DNA of 52,163 nucleotides, counting the filler, from Sphacelaria rigidula (taxonomy: Eukaryota): the NCBI GenBank assembly GCA_964200075.2. It is 2 parts of 2 records of this genome, joined end to end, with 100 filler letters (N's around TTAATTAATTAA, not from the genome) between each part and the next. Parts side by side here need not be neighbours in the genome. Positions count along the whole stretch, not along the records: positions 1 to 26,039 come from CAXNAA020000151.1; positions 26,140 to 52,163 come from CAXNAA020000152.1. One strand, written 5' to 3'. The position numbers and the translations under genes were made by a program. The notes below the pieces were generated by a model. The model saw only the letters and a program-made list of their open reading frames with translations, had not been told where the DNA came from and did no database searches. This document shows positions 22,683 to 36,248 of this stretch, piece after piece. Numbering within the stretch: position 1 is the first letter of the stretch; each line of letters starts with the position of its first letter.

Positions 22683-24303
22683 AACAACGACGCGGTATAG
22701 AAAGCGAAACATCCCAATTTGGAGAGCCGTTTGGATACTCATCTCATCGGCAGAGAAACACAAACGCACAGAGAGAATGGGGAGGGGGGGCGTGGCGTCA
22801 AGCTGGAGTTGTCTTTTTCTCCATATTATGGGTTACGGCAGAGCACGAGCGGCGGGGCAGACGCAGGGCACCAACAACGGTAGACAAGGATGGCACCCAG
22901 AGAAGAACACGAGTTGCGTGATATAGATATGTCTCTTTTTCTAGAGTCGAACACGTGCAGAGTCACTTACATAGATACACTGACAGAACGAAGGGGGGAT
23001 GCGAGAAGCAAATCACCTTTGGGGGCATACCCTCCTCTCGCATTTTTCGTCACCGTAGAGTCGAATGTAGGGAGAGATATTTCTGGGGGAATCGAACGAC
23101 CTTTTTTTTCAACGCTCATGCAGCCTTTTGGGCCTCGTCAGTAGCAAAGCAGGCGAAACGAAAAGAAGGAATGGAGGGTGAATAGTGAAGGAAAGACGTG
23201 TAGAGGAAGGGTGCGGCCTATTTGAAGCTGTTTCGATGTTTATTTAGCCTCTTCGGTATCAGTGGTATCGAAGACGAAAGCGAGCACGGCAAAATACAAA
23301 GAATGGAATAGGATACGGAGACATACATATCCAGAGACAGACAGAGGGCAACCGAAACAGGGCAAGAGAGAGGGGGAGAGGGGGAAAGAGGGAGAGAGAG
23401 AAAGACGAGGGACGGGGGTGGGTGGAAACAGTTACAACGAGGCAGTAAAAGAAAGTGCGGAACAAGAATATGGCTTGAATTCGCCGGAACTGTTTGCCTC
23501 ATGATAGAATAGAGGTGTATACATGTATGCGTGATGGCGAGGGCGCTTGGTGGTCAACGAGAGCGTTTGACACTCACATATGCAGCTGCGCTTGAAGAAC
23601 TCGACGTACAGCGTGCGGTGTTACAGTCGAGCAGCTGGTGAAATATGTTTTTAGCGTCTTGAAATATTTTCGTTGGATGATCAATCAGTTGCTGAAACAT
23701 TAGAAAATTGGTTCAGGTGTATTTGTTCACGTGGGGAACTGCGAGGGATGGGAGAGAGGTACAGTAGCGAGGACACATCGTCTTCGTGCGGCAAGGCTTC
23801 TCACACACCGAGCAAGTATTCGCACGAGCCGAAACTTGGGAAATTCAACAATGAAAGGAAGAAATTGACGACCAGTACAGAGCTGCTCATGCTGATACAG
23901 TCGCCGGAGATTCCGATAGAGTGGTGGCCCCACTCCAAGGCCAGGATTTTATGTACGTGAGCAAACAAGCTAGGGCTATTGTCGGGACTCGACCCTACTC
24001 TGCAGTGTACATATATTTCAGTGACAATAGAGGTGTCTTGATACCGACCAGTGCGCCTACGACGCCCGAGATCGCTCTCTCAATTGATCGATATCTCTGT
24101 TGGGCATGCCTACAAAACAGCACACAACGCAGGAAACAAATCCCACAAGAAAAGCCCAAGTTTTCCCCGTGGGTGTGTTGACCAACCCCCCTCGAGGGAA
24201 AGCGACAAGAAGTCAGCTCAGGAAGCCACCACTACAATAACCCAAACCTAGCGGATCGCATCCACAATAATACGTTCCACCTCTAACGAGCAGCTGAATA
24301 TAC

Positions 24304-24327
24304 ATATATATATATATATATATATAT
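24304..24327. repeat. (AT)n microsatellite
   Basis: About 12 AT units. Confidence 0.9.
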
Positions 24328-26039
24328 GCACCTTCTGACTCACGCTCTAAATCGCATAACTGCTAGTTCGTGTTCGCATAGACAGCGACTCACCACGAAG
24401 TTTCTCAGCAATTTTCCAAACTGTGTAACACGTGGGCCTAACTTCTTCGAGCCGATCTACACAGCTGCTTGTGGCTGGATCAAGTGTAGGCTACTATCCC
24501 TACACAAGAACGAGTACTGTACTAGCAGTATGTGACGCCTTTCTCTCTTGATTATCTCCGCAAGTTGTGGAGAACGACTTGAGTCAGACCGAAACTTTGC
24601 CTGGTCGGTGCTAGAGGCCTTTGGTAAGTTGGCATGGTAGCTTTAGGGGGGGCGCTTGACCGAAACAGACAGCTGATATCAGGCGTTCATGACGGTGCAA
24701 ATTAACAAGAAAAATGCATAATACACCTGACTTCACACTACGAAAATCGTGCGTATTTCAACCACCGTCGTCAGTGTCCCGCCCCGATGCCGCAATTCCT
24801 CCCTTGCCGATATTGGAACTGGGTTCGCAGTAACATCCGAACAAGTCGCAATACCTCCCAATCCACCCCAGGAACTCTCGTATACCCAAGATTTGCGGAG
24901 CGTTCTGTACATCAAACCGATTCCCCTTTTTAACCACCGCAGGATGAAGATGGTATTACTCTGGGGACTTTTCTGAAGGTGATGGAATGTCTGTGTTCGA
25001 CGGCGCGAGGCCATCGACGGCTTCATGCGGGTGACGTCATTTTTCGAAATCGGGAATGCTGCGGCTTGGAGTAGCAATGGGAAACCCTGCTTTTCAGTGC
25101 AAGAGCACGCGTGTAAAGGGGATAGCAGTATGCGAGAAGGTTGGGGGGGAGGGCACAATGCATTGATATAACTTTTTTAATATGTTATTTTCTCGCACAA
25201 ACACTTCTGGAGAACGGTGTTATCAACCCCTCCCTCACAGTATATATATTTTCCTTGAAGGAGGGAGGAAACCTGATCCAACACTTACCCCGCAGGCGTG
25301 TTTTTGTGTCGATTACCCGGAGGCTTGGCCAGACTGCCTCGTGGCAGTCATGTGGGGTATGCACCTCGAGCGTTCGCAAGCTTTGCTCAAGGCAGTGTGG
25401 GAGTCGGGTCCACTAAAACCCCCTGTCAACTTGGCGCAGTGCATGCGCCACAATGCTTTTGAGAGCTTCGGCCCTAGGGCCCTCACGAGACGGTCATTCG
25501 AACTGTGCATCATTCCACTACTGTCGTACTTAACCGTCACCCTGCTGCAGGTGCACAACACTCGTGTACGGAAAGTGCTGATAAACGCTATGAGATATTC
25601 GGAGAGGGGAGGGGGGCAGGTGGGGCAAGAGGTGTATTCGTTATGACTCAATATATTATGTTTTGTAGTGATTTTGTAGCATACACTTCGTACTAGACCT
25701 CAGTATTTGTTCCGCAGAGTATTGCGACATTTTTAAAGACAAAGCACGCTGCTTATTCCCCTCTTTCACCGCCTGCGGCAATCTCAAAGCACATGTAATA
25801 GAGACCCGATTTCTGAAAAAAAACTAGATATCTGACTTCACCTTGATTGATTGATTTGATATATTGTCGCACTTGAGCTGACCCCCTAGGGGTCCAGCCG
25901 TGGTCGCATGATAAACGTACCTGCGAAAAGCAACCTACGCTCACGAAAAGCTTCTTCAACCCGTCTGCTTTTATAGCTATTATAAAAGCATCGCGGCTTC
26001 GGATAGGGGCATTTCATAGCCGGAAAATAGAAGGCTCGA

Positions 26040-26139
26040 NNNNNNNNNNNNNNNNNNNNNNNNNNNNNNNNNNNNNNNNNNNNTTAATTAATTAANNNNN
26101 NNNNNNNNNNNNNNNNNNNNNNNNNNNNNNNNNNNNNNN
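26040..26139. other. Scaffold gap with artificial linker (N44-TTAATTAATTAA-N44)
   Basis: Exactly 100 positions; the 12-mer has stop codons in all six frames. Confidence 0.92.
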
Positions 26140-26335
26140 ATGACTATCAGCACTCCCGCACCGCGTCAACTCACGTCAAACAAACTCAGTCGACTACTTT
26201 GTTTACTCGCGTTCTTACGCTTTCCACGGTGGAGGTCAGATACTACGAAGAGAAAACCCAGCAAATCGGAAATCGAACCCTCGTTCTCTCCACCCTCATG
26301 GCGACAGTCGGACTATTATACCACCGGGGGGCGGC
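26140..26335 (-). mobile_element. tRNA-derived SINE, copy cut by the assembly gap
   Basis: Closely similar to 40335-40525; A and B boxes on the minus strand. Confidence 0.85.
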
Positions 26336-28433
26336 GGCTACGTCAGGAGTAGTTCTATCACAGCGCTTGCTACATAATATCAGGGGGAGATTTGCTTTGT
26401 GTGGAACAGGGTATTCAGAATATTCTTCTCTCATTTTTTGCTAACTGTTGAGTTGTTGTGTTCTTTTTTTGTCACGGGTGCAGCGACAAAAACACATTCA
26501 CCTTCAGCACGGTTACGGCTGCGTAGCAGGTGATGGCCGTAGGGACGCCATGCCTCGAACAGTTGAGCGGCGCTTGCGCTTTTGAACGCAGTACACTTGC
26601 GGCACGTTTTCACCCAACGTCTAGTTCTGGTGTTGTGAACGAAGTGTCTGCCGCGCAGGTGTAACTCAACCCGTCGCAAGTCACGCAGCCGTTTGCGCCA
26701 GTACTTTCTGTAGCGCTCGTAGCTTTTGCGAAAGCCCCTTGACGTTGCTCTGCTATGATCTACGCACGAACATGTGCCAACTTCGTCACTACCGTACATC
26801 CTACACAGCCCCGCTATCTCTCAACACAAGCAAGCGAACGGGTCTGAGACATACGTAAGCGCCCCCGATTGATGTATGTCCTTTCTTTTCAGGCCAAGTC
26901 GACGTTGCAATATTTTTTGCCGGGGCCCGACAGTCCCGTGTGTGCACGCTAAAGCGGAGTCAATAATCCATAGAACAACTAGATTTATTCGGCGTAGAGC
27001 TTCTCGCGTGAGTTTCGTACTGAGGAATTGTTCCGGAAGACGCTTCTACGCCCAAATGTAATGGTTGCAAGAGCCTCACCCGGAACGACTTGGAACAAAG
27101 AAACTTTTAAGCCCATTACTCATCACCCCAGTGTTCTGATGTCGAAATGTGGACACTATGTATCACCCTTTATTGTGGTGCTTGCAAGACTTTGAATTCA
27201 ACTTCTCCACTCTCGTTAATGCGCGCAGAGCATTTTTTTTTTTTTTCCGTCCCCCATCTGCATTTTCACGAAATATACGCGCCCCTCATAAGCATGTTGC
27301 GGCGGTTCTGCGAAACCGTGGAGTTGTTTTCACCGTGTTTTGCATCAGAATCCCTAGGTTATCATAAACGACTGCACCCCAGCGGCGGCAAGCGGAGAGT
27401 GCTCGCGCGGAAGTGAGCCCAAAACGTTCTTCGCATAGGTTTTGTAAGCATGTCTGGGGCTGCACCTGTTTCCCAAACACCGAAGGGATGTGCACGATGC
27501 ACGACGACGCGGCATGATCGGTGAGCTCTTTATGAGCAGGTTCCTGAGGATAACGCGCAAGAAACACCAGTAAAGTTGCAGTAGCAAGCCGGGGATGGTG
27601 CCGAGATGTATTGCCCCTGGTCACCTTGCATGTTTTAGTCATCCCTCTCGCGTGTTCACGCATTCGCGTCCAGTTCCAGCTCTCCTGTCATGCTTCACCT
27701 CTACTCCTGTACGCCTTCTACCATTTTCCATTTGAATATCAAGATAGTAGGAACATCCACGTTTCCGCTGCTGCCGCCAGAACTCGGGTGCATCTTGGTG
27801 TCCTCGCGTCACAATAATATGTCTCACCACTTGGCCCGAATGTAACGTAGGGTAATACATCGGAACCATCTTTGTGCATGAGCTAATTTTTCATTTTTCT
27901 TGCTCATAATTTTGAGAACCAGTGGCGAATGTCATGAGACGAGGTACTGTATTTCTGCCACAGAGAGAGACAGATGCTTCCAGCAACTCGTCCTGTCCTC
28001 TAGCGGCGTTTTTCCATGCAGAGTTGCGCTCTCGCAGGAGGCGCGGCATGGCCAAGGCGTCAGTGTGCGTGCCAAATTTGATGAACACTTGAAATCTAGT
28101 GACAGTATATCTTTCCAAAAATAAGGTAATCTGGTGCCTGGACAGCGCTCTACTCCCATGTGCCTTGCGTATTGAGACCTCATCCTAGCCGTTGTTCCAC
28201 ACACGTGGCTTGTGATTTTTTTCCCCCGATGTGATTCACATGCAGAAGCCGGTTCGTCACCAAGCATCGCACCAGCCTCGAAGGTACATAGTGGTTGGTT
28301 CTCCGAAAAGTGTTGGTTCAAACCGATTTCGAAGGCTCTTGACAATCCCCGATGCAAATACTTGTCTTTTGTGGGGAGGTCCGGAACGTTTTGGAGGCTG
28401 ATCCCCGGACATTTTGGCTCAAACGATTGCCTT

Positions 28434-28598
28434 GTCGTTGTTGTTGTTGTTGTTGTCTTCACATTAAAAACCGTTCCGATATCTACGCGGTACATTCGTA
28501 CTGCGCATCTGATGCAGACGCCTTCCGTGGTCACAGGCTAGCAAAAAGCCAAAAAAAGAACAAAATAGACCTAGATTAAAACCCACAAAAACGCGATA
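28434..28598 (-). mobile_element. Short 5'-truncated copy of the (CAA)n-tailed retroelement with a 35-bp target-site duplication
   Basis: Homologous to 9180-9345; flanked by direct repeats 28399-28433 and 28599-28633 (5 mismatches). Confidence 0.82.
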
Positions 28599-29134
28599 TG
28601 ATCCCCCGATATTTTGGATCAAACGACTACCTTCTTACATCAAGAAATGCGCCGGGAAAATAACATCGCCAACATCAAGGAAAACGCGGTATGATTTGTT
28701 CGCTTTGTGTAGCGCAATATCGATTTGATGCGACTCGTTACTTCTCTTTGACGGCGTTTTTATTGGTTCTGGAAGGCGAGCTCTTGGGGGGAGAATGTTG
28801 CCCAAGTGCGAAAACACGCGGTGATCACATCAGGATTGTTGCAGGAACCACAAATTATATCGGAAATGGTCAGGTGCCCTTGACTGCAGTATAATCAGAA
28901 GTATCTTGCACGCTTCGGACGGATGATAGTTCATACGCGTGACTCCCCATGAGTGTTGAACGCGAATCATGTACCAAAGAGTCATTCGTTGTGAATCACG
29001 AATGGTGAAGTTGTACGTTCAAGGTCATGCCTCACAGGTCACGAACTGGGAATGTGTACACTTCAGGTAGTGTCACACAATTCAAGAGTGCAAAGTTTGT
29101 ACGAACCACAATTCCTGTATGAATAATAGGCGGG

Positions 29135-30570
29135 AAACATGTACCCTTGATCCACCTCGTATGAATCGAAGGTTGAGAACACTTCCGTTTGATTCATGCT
29201 GCATGAATGAAAATGGGTAAACATGTACCCATGATTCACTTTGTATTGACGGAAGGAGGAGAATATGCACATTTGATTAATGCAGCATGGATGGACATTT
29301 GGAAATATGTACGCTTGATTCACCTCGTAGGAACGGAAGTTGAGGACATGTACCCGTGGTCCATGCTGCATAAATGAAAGAGGATATACATGTGCCTATG
29401 ATTCATGCCGTATGAAGGTGAGTTTTCGTACTACTGTTGTCTATTGTCCGCTGTACAGATTGTGCAGTACTGTACTGTGCTGTACTATATTACTTTTCTG
29501 TCCGCTGACTGCAGTGGGCGCTGCGGGAATGTTTCCGCACACTCTTCCGAACATGCGGGGACGACTCTCGCACTACTGGTGCTGTCTGAAGCTGTCCTCA
29601 TACTGTCTTATATACTCAGGCCATCTGTACCGCAAAACAAAACATGAAACCGCAGATAGACCCATCAATAGCTTAGGTCGGGTAAATAAACGGCTCGAAG
29701 AATCACCCTAGGCGCGCTGAGGCGTGCTGTGCTATGCTGTGCTATGCTGTACCGTACTGTCTACGGACTGAAGTGTACGCTGTCCGAATTTTACCGGAAA
29801 TTCTCGCGAATATGCGGGGACGACTTGTGCTGGTGCTGCCTTCTTCGCAGGTGTTCGTAGTATCGTATACAATCTATCCAGGGCAACTGCACCATAGAAC
29901 ACGACATGGAGCTTCAAATGACACTACGTACAAAGGCTACCAATAGCATAGCTCGGAACATGATTGGCTAGAAGAGCCGCTATGGGTACGCAGACGCGTG
30001 TGTTGTACTAAATTTGTTGTGTTGTGTTGTGTTACGTGCATGTACAGTATTTGAAATCGGTTTATTGCGGATATAGCTCCTAAGGGTCTGGGACTTGTAT
30101 GCTTGTATGTGCCTACCCAACCTTCCAGAAGGCCGCGCCACCGAAGAGTCGCGCCCCGTGAAATGACAGGTGGCGGACAACATGCTCTCATGGCTCGCGT
30201 CATATGAACAGAACATGCGGAACATGTGCCTGTGATTTACGCTGCATGAATGAAAATTGGGAAACATGTACATATAATTCATGCTGTGTGAGAGGAACTC
30301 GGGAAACAAGTACACTTGACTAACCTCGTATGAACTGAAGGTAGGGAACATGTACCTATTATTTATCCTGCATGAATGCAAGGAGAGAAAAATGTAACTG
30401 CGATTCATGGCGTACGAATGAAAGGTGAGGAACGTGTACGTATGATTCATGCTGCATGAATGGAAATAGGAAATGTCTACCTGTGATTCGTACGATATGA
30501 ATGGAAATTGAGAAACGTGTGCCTATGAGTCACACCACACGAATGGAAGGTAAGGAACATGTACATTCGT
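29135..30570. repeat. About 42-bp minisatellite in two blocks (29135-29420 and 30200-30570) split by unrelated sequence
   Basis: Unit like AACATGTACCCATGATTCA(CCTCGT/TGCTGC)ATGAATGGAAGGTGAGG. Shows as a 14-aa periodicity in minus-strand ORFs. Confidence 0.85.
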
Positions 30571-31662
30571 CGGTGTACCGGACGAGTCACGAATCGGGAA
30601 TGTGGAGTGATGTCGCAAGTGTACACTCCAAGTAGTGCTGCATGGATCACAAACCCAAAACATGTACGAATAACAACTTGTGTACAAATCATATAATTGA
30701 TTCGTAAAAATGGTGAAGGAGTCGAATCACGCTTTTATTTGTCCGAACCGTGGTATCTTGTCACGATGTATATGAGATAGATGAAGTGTGACTTTCCCCC
30801 CAATGATAACCGAGTTTAATCGACGTTAATTTCGCGCAAAGCTCAACATCATCGGTAGTTCGACCCACCAAATGATGTAGACTACCCGCCCCCCCCTGAA
30901 GCTTTCATCATTTTGCAAGTGAAAACTTCATGAGCGTGTGTTACCCTACGGCCAGTAAAAGTTGTCGATGGCGATCGTGAGAGAGGATACAGCACGGGTC
31001 AACGTTTGTGAATTAACGAAGCTGCCGTACAAATACTTCACCACTCGGACAGTGCCACCTGCAAAGCAGCCCTCTTCTGCAGTCTTGACAACTCCATGTT
31101 TTCAGTCATGTTACAGCTCAACCAACGTGAATTCAGGTTCCAAGACGCTTTACTCAGGTCCACTGACACCTCCAACACATCGCCGACGTGCGAGTGCAGG
31201 CATTCAATAAACTTGTACATCTTTGAACCTCGCCCAGAATAGATTTTTGGACGCCGTAGGTGTGCTCCTTGTCAGTATTGACTACCGGCCCTGAGCGTGT
31301 CACATGCTCATCTGCTTTGGCGTCGAACCTCGCCTCCTCACCCGAGCCATGAAGACGCTCTTTCCCCATGTCGAAGTTTGCAACTGCCCGACAGCTCTGC
31401 ACAGCTTTACCGGACCTCAACGCCGCCTCAATTGGCACATGTCATCATCCCGTCAAGATTTCGCACCATTCAACACCAACTTTATAACCCACGAGCTCAA
31501 ACGTCTGCTGCAGTCATCTACCGACGCAGTCCGCGTAAAACGTTTCCCTTGACATTTTCTCATTCCCGGGGTGCACATCGGTGTTCCTACTTCCGCGCAC
31601 TGCTGACTCTATTGCTACGGTGGAAATTGGCCCCATCGTGATCCAATTCGTTTGGCGTTCAG

Positions 31663-33130
31663 GTGGAATATAACGGAGGAGGTTACATCGCCAACACAAA
31701 CAGGGTTGTTGGCGGGATGCTGGTGAGTGCCGGCGTGGTATGGAAAACCATGTTGCTAGACGCTGCCGTCGGTTCAATCAAGTTGCCGGACCGTACGATC
31801 ATGTAGAAAGAAATGCCATGCAATGTACAGTGCGGAGATGGGACCTACGTGAACGTCGGAGATGCCGCTAACCAGTCATCTAAGCGCGCTTGAGGTTCCT
31901 ATGGTGCCCGTGGGTTGTCCTTACCGCAGCGGGATGACGCGACACCTAGCGAGCGCAGCGCTCTCAGACCTGCGGTGTCTTGTGGGCCTCAAACGATTTC
32001 AGAATACGTGGCACCCGTGCCGTTAATCCTCTTGGAACCGTTGATGGAAAAAGGGCGATTTACATTTGACGGTTCCTTGAGCAAGATATGGCTGTTTTTC
32101 TGCAAGTGTTGATGATGCGGCCCACCAAACGGTGCACCACTCTAAGTTCAAGTGTACTAATGTGACAGATTCGTGCACCGAACTCGAAGTGACGTTTTTC
32201 GGGTGACGAAAGCTCGAGGATGGGGGTCTGTACTGTTTTTCACGAATTCCTAAAAGGGCCAAGTGGTCAGGAGTTAAGCGACTTTTCTTCTGTTTTTTGC
32301 TCGTCAACCATACCGAACTCGACCACCCGCGCTCATCTACGCTCCCCCCCCATTGACCGCGAATATATTCTTCTACACAACATCATTCCGTGTTGACACG
32401 AGATACAGCTAAAGTTTAAGCGGCGGATGAGGGTTCCGGAATGCGAGTCGTCAATGGGGTACTACGATGCGTGCCTCTCTAGCAAGACGGCGAAGAAAGA
32501 AATTTCGGTTGAGTCGCCCTACTGGACTGTGTACAGACCAACCACAACCATCCCTTATAACGAAGGTGAGCCTCCGCACACGCGAATTATCCTGAGCCAC
32601 GTTCTGTACAAAGGTTGAGGGATTAGATTGACTATCAGCGAAAACATTTTGCGACACGAGAGTTCCGTCCGGTCCAGAACGTGTGATCAGTGCCTGTGTT
32701 CATCTCATGAAATTGTCGTATAAACACACAACACGGGTGTTATCCCCCGGAACCCGATGTCGTCTCCTGCCTCCCGTATGCAGTTGTTCAACCCGTTGTT
32801 GCTCAAGCGCGTCAACTCGTGAGTGACCGGAAGATTTAGTGCGACGGTACGTATTACGACGTATCTTGGCGTATTTCCTCGAGCTCAACACCTCTTGGAA
32901 CACCTCGGGCTCAAAGCTTTGTACATGAACTCTGTTTTTCGTGGCTGTGTTCGAGACTTTCCTGATGAGTGTACCGTGAACCCTTCACCTCACGCCTAAT
33001 TTTATCTTTCCCCTTTGCGTGTCGGTTGTTTTGTGACACGGGGGCGGGGGGCGTTTTGCTGGAAAACCACCCGGGAAAAGACGCGGGTGGCTATACGATC
33101 TTCATCGACACTGGGGGTTTCAATACTGGG
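31663..33130 (+). CDS. Polycystin-2/TRPP-like cation channel, partial (exons 31663-31722, 32409-32565, 33081-33130)
   Basis: Three phase-compatible GT-AG exons give VEYNGGGYIANTNRVVGGML|LKFKRRMRVPECESSMGYYDACLSS..PYNE|DAGGYTIFIDTG. This follows the polycystin TOP-domain pattern N.LLG..RI.Q.R....C...C...GGY...L. Recognised by eye only; may be a pseudogene. Confidence 0.55.
32030..32250. repeat. Dispersed repeat, second copy at 33428-33645
   Basis: Shared CCGTTGATGGAAAAA..TCTAAGTTCAAGT..TTCGTGCACCGAACTC..GGTGACGAAAGCTCG. Confidence 0.85.
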
Positions 33131-34355
33131 GTGAGCCTCGCGTCTCCCTTTTGCATATAGTCAGCACTAGACCACCCTAGCGTACAACATTGATATCAAT
33201 ATACGTTCACCCCAAGCGCATCTAGCTAATTTGTGTGGACTGTCGCGAGTTGGAGCATGCAGGCGTTAGTCGGTAGATGGCATAGTGAGGTGGCACGGAG
33301 ACTGTCTCGTTGCGAAACGTAAAACTAAGTCATGGCAAGAGTGCCGCGGAGTACGAATTAGTTCAGACACGCCCGCACTCGGTACGAGTATGAAGATGCT
33401 CTTTAGTGGACACTTGGGTTCAACCCTTTTGAAGCCGTTGATGGAAAAATGACGATGTACAATTGACGTTTTCTTGGGCAAGATAGGGTTGTTTTTCTGC
33501 AAGAGTTGATGAAGCCCACTAAAACCGTTCACCATTCTAAGTTCAAGTATACTGATGTGACAAATTCGTGCACCGAACTCAAACTGACGTTTTCCCGGTG
33601 ACGAAAGCTCGCATACGGGAGTTTGTACTGTTTTTCGCGAGTTCCACAACGAAGCGACTTGGTGCATTTCAGATGATATCCTTCCAACGCGAACTTTATT
33701 TTTGGTGGGGACTATGATGACGATTCCCCAAAAGATGGCATACGAATCGTCAAATGCGAGGGAAATGTTTATCGTTGTTGCGATTCTCGATCACCCCGTA
33801 CGCGACTAAGGTTGATTTCAAAGTACGCGGGAATACTGCACTCGTTAATTGGGTAATTTCGGGGCCATCTCATCGGTCCATCCGAACATAATTCCACGAA
33901 AGGGCACGTGCACTTTATCTCGCTTATTTCTGGGTTGAAATGCAGAATAAATTTCTCGAGGACCGCATGATGAAGAGTTCAGATCTAGTCTCTGATTTTC
34001 GACTGGGGCAAAATGGCTCGTTTTGATTTCGAAAGTATTGGGGGAGAATATATTGAACACCCGCGTTTCTGTTCCAGAACTACTCGATATTGCTCGGAAA
34101 ACAGATGTAAATTCTTCTTGAGCATTAGCTTTTTTCTTCAACAGCTTCCCTGCAGACAGACGTCATTTCGCAATGTACCAGAGCGCACTGTTTCATTTTA
34201 CCGTTCTCCGTGATTAACCGCACCGCAGAATATTTTCCGTTTCCCTTTCGGAAGTTGCCTTCAGTTCGTGCCAGTGACTACTGCTCTTCACTAGTGAATC
34301 GAGGGGACCTGAGGAAATGTACGTGAAGAATGGTGGGTACTATGGAGATAGCGCC

Positions 34356-34386
34356 AACCCTAACGCTAACCGAAACCCTAACCCCG
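34356..34386 (+). repeat. Short degenerate telomere-like (CCCTAA)n tract, interstitial
   Basis: AACCCTAACGCTAACCGAAACCCTAACCCC. Confidence 0.6.
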
Positions 34387-36173
34387 ACCAAGGAATATCG
34401 AGAACCGTCGGGCAAGTTGGGTGCAGAGTGCTCTCTAGGCAAAGCGTGCGTTGCCAGAGATTAAATCGACGCCTTTCAGCCGATTTTCGACCAGAACACG
34501 TTCTGGACGAGCTGGGTCTACTGCTCACCACTGCTCACCTGTCCCAGATCATGAATTTTCTCAGAACTTTCTTCAGTCTGAAATCAAGTAAAATCGAGTA
34601 CCAACCATTGTTTACGTGCATTTCGTAAGGTCTATTGAGTGTAGGTCACGTTTCCCTTCTCGGAATTTCACATAATCTGTCACTTCGGCTGCAGTGACTA
34701 CTATTCAACAGTGATTCTCACGGAACCTGTCACTCCGGCACCACTGACGTTCCTAGCCGTGTGCCTCCCTTTCGTGCAATTGACTACTATGCTACCTTTT
34801 GACCAGTAAATCTCACGTTCGCCCTCTCGGATTTTCGTGCAACCTGTTACCCCGGCACCTACTATACTGTACCACATTCGCCACACCACTGGAGCTCGTA
34901 GCATCCCTTAGCGTTTGGACGTTTGTTTTGAACGTGATGCACTACTACACTATTGTGTTCATGCTCCCTACTAGTTGACTCCTCCTGTACTGTCCCCAAG
35001 GGTGAGGTATCCACTTATGAAATCAACGTCGTTTTTCAGTTCTTGGAACTCAGATATGACCGCGTCGTCTTCGCTTGAAAAAGAACTGGAATGATGACAA
35101 TGGACACCTCCGACGGTCAAAGGTTCAACCACTTGATGGCCGGGGGGGCGTGGGCTACTTCAGTCTCCACACCTCTGGAGCTCATAGTATTCCGTAGCAA
35201 TTGGAGATTTGTTTTGAACACAGTACACCACCACGTGGTTGTGTAGTCCACCTGCGTTTGTAGAGTACTGTTCTACTTCGTTGTTTTCATGCGTCCTTGT
35301 GTACGACTCCTGTCCTGTCCCCGAGAGCGAGGTGTCCATTTGTTTAATCAGCATCAGTTTTCAGTCCTTGAAGTCTCATTACTGCTGCATTTTCACTTTA
35401 AAAAGGACTGAAATGATGACGATTCAAGGTAAAGAGAGAATGGACACCTCCGGCAGTCGAGGGGCCAACCGTTTGATCTCCAGGGCCACGGTCATTATTT
35501 AGCACAATGAATAGTATAGAACTTGTTCGTAAACTGCCCCCTCAAATGACACGCGGGCGTGCCGTCGAGTGTGACGGTGATGAAACGATAGCTTGACTGC
35601 TTCAACTTCTGAAATAAATGGCTTCCTGCAAATAAAATTGGGACACGCTGTCGTAAGCCTTTGACTGCGAGCGGTGGTCCATTTGCGAATCGGCATCATT
35701 TTCATTCCCTTCTCAAGTAAAAGTGGTGCCGATTCACATACACCGCCGCTCGTAGCCAAGAAGGTTTGTGGTATGGTCAACCCTTAGACAGCGAGAGTAG
35801 GTCATTCGTTGAATCGGCATCAATCTCACTTGAAAAAAGTATGCATGATCCAGATGGACCACCCTCGTGGTCTAAGGGCTAAGGGTTGAGGTGGTCAGGT
35901 GCCTCAGTCACCACCTGAGAAAAAGTCATTGAAATGCAAAAATTTGTCTGCCGATTGACCTGAAGAGTTGGTCATATTACTGGATGGATAAAGAAAGTCG
36001 TCCATGTAGCACGTGTCGGGGGGGTCAAGGCTGACCATGGTGCATCTCTTCTTGTTTTTTACCTCCGCCACACACGAAACCTTGCTACTACCCTAGAGGC
36101 ACATCCGTAGTCACGTTTTTGAGATTTTCGAGTTCAGTGCATCGACCCTCAGATCGCGAGCGTAGTTAATCTG

Positions 36174-36224
36174 GATTGATGGTTGATTGATTGATGATTG
36201 ATTGATGATTGATTGATTGATTGA
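36174..36224. repeat. (GATT)n microsatellite
   Basis: Imperfect TGAT/TTGA run. Confidence 0.85.
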
Positions 36225-36248
36225 CTGTCGCACTTTAACTGCCCCCCC

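Noticed and set aside
27932-28534. 200-aa minus-strand ORF with poly-Thr
   Set aside because: The poly-Thr is the (CAA)n retroelement tail, and the ORF crosses the insertion boundary.
29135-30570. CRISPR-like array
   Set aside because: Units are contiguous degenerate tandem repeats with no unique spacers, no cas genes and a eukaryotic context.
34356-34386. True telomere or chromosome-fusion scar
   Set aside because: Only about 5 degenerate units, embedded in repeat-like DNA; more likely part of a TE end.
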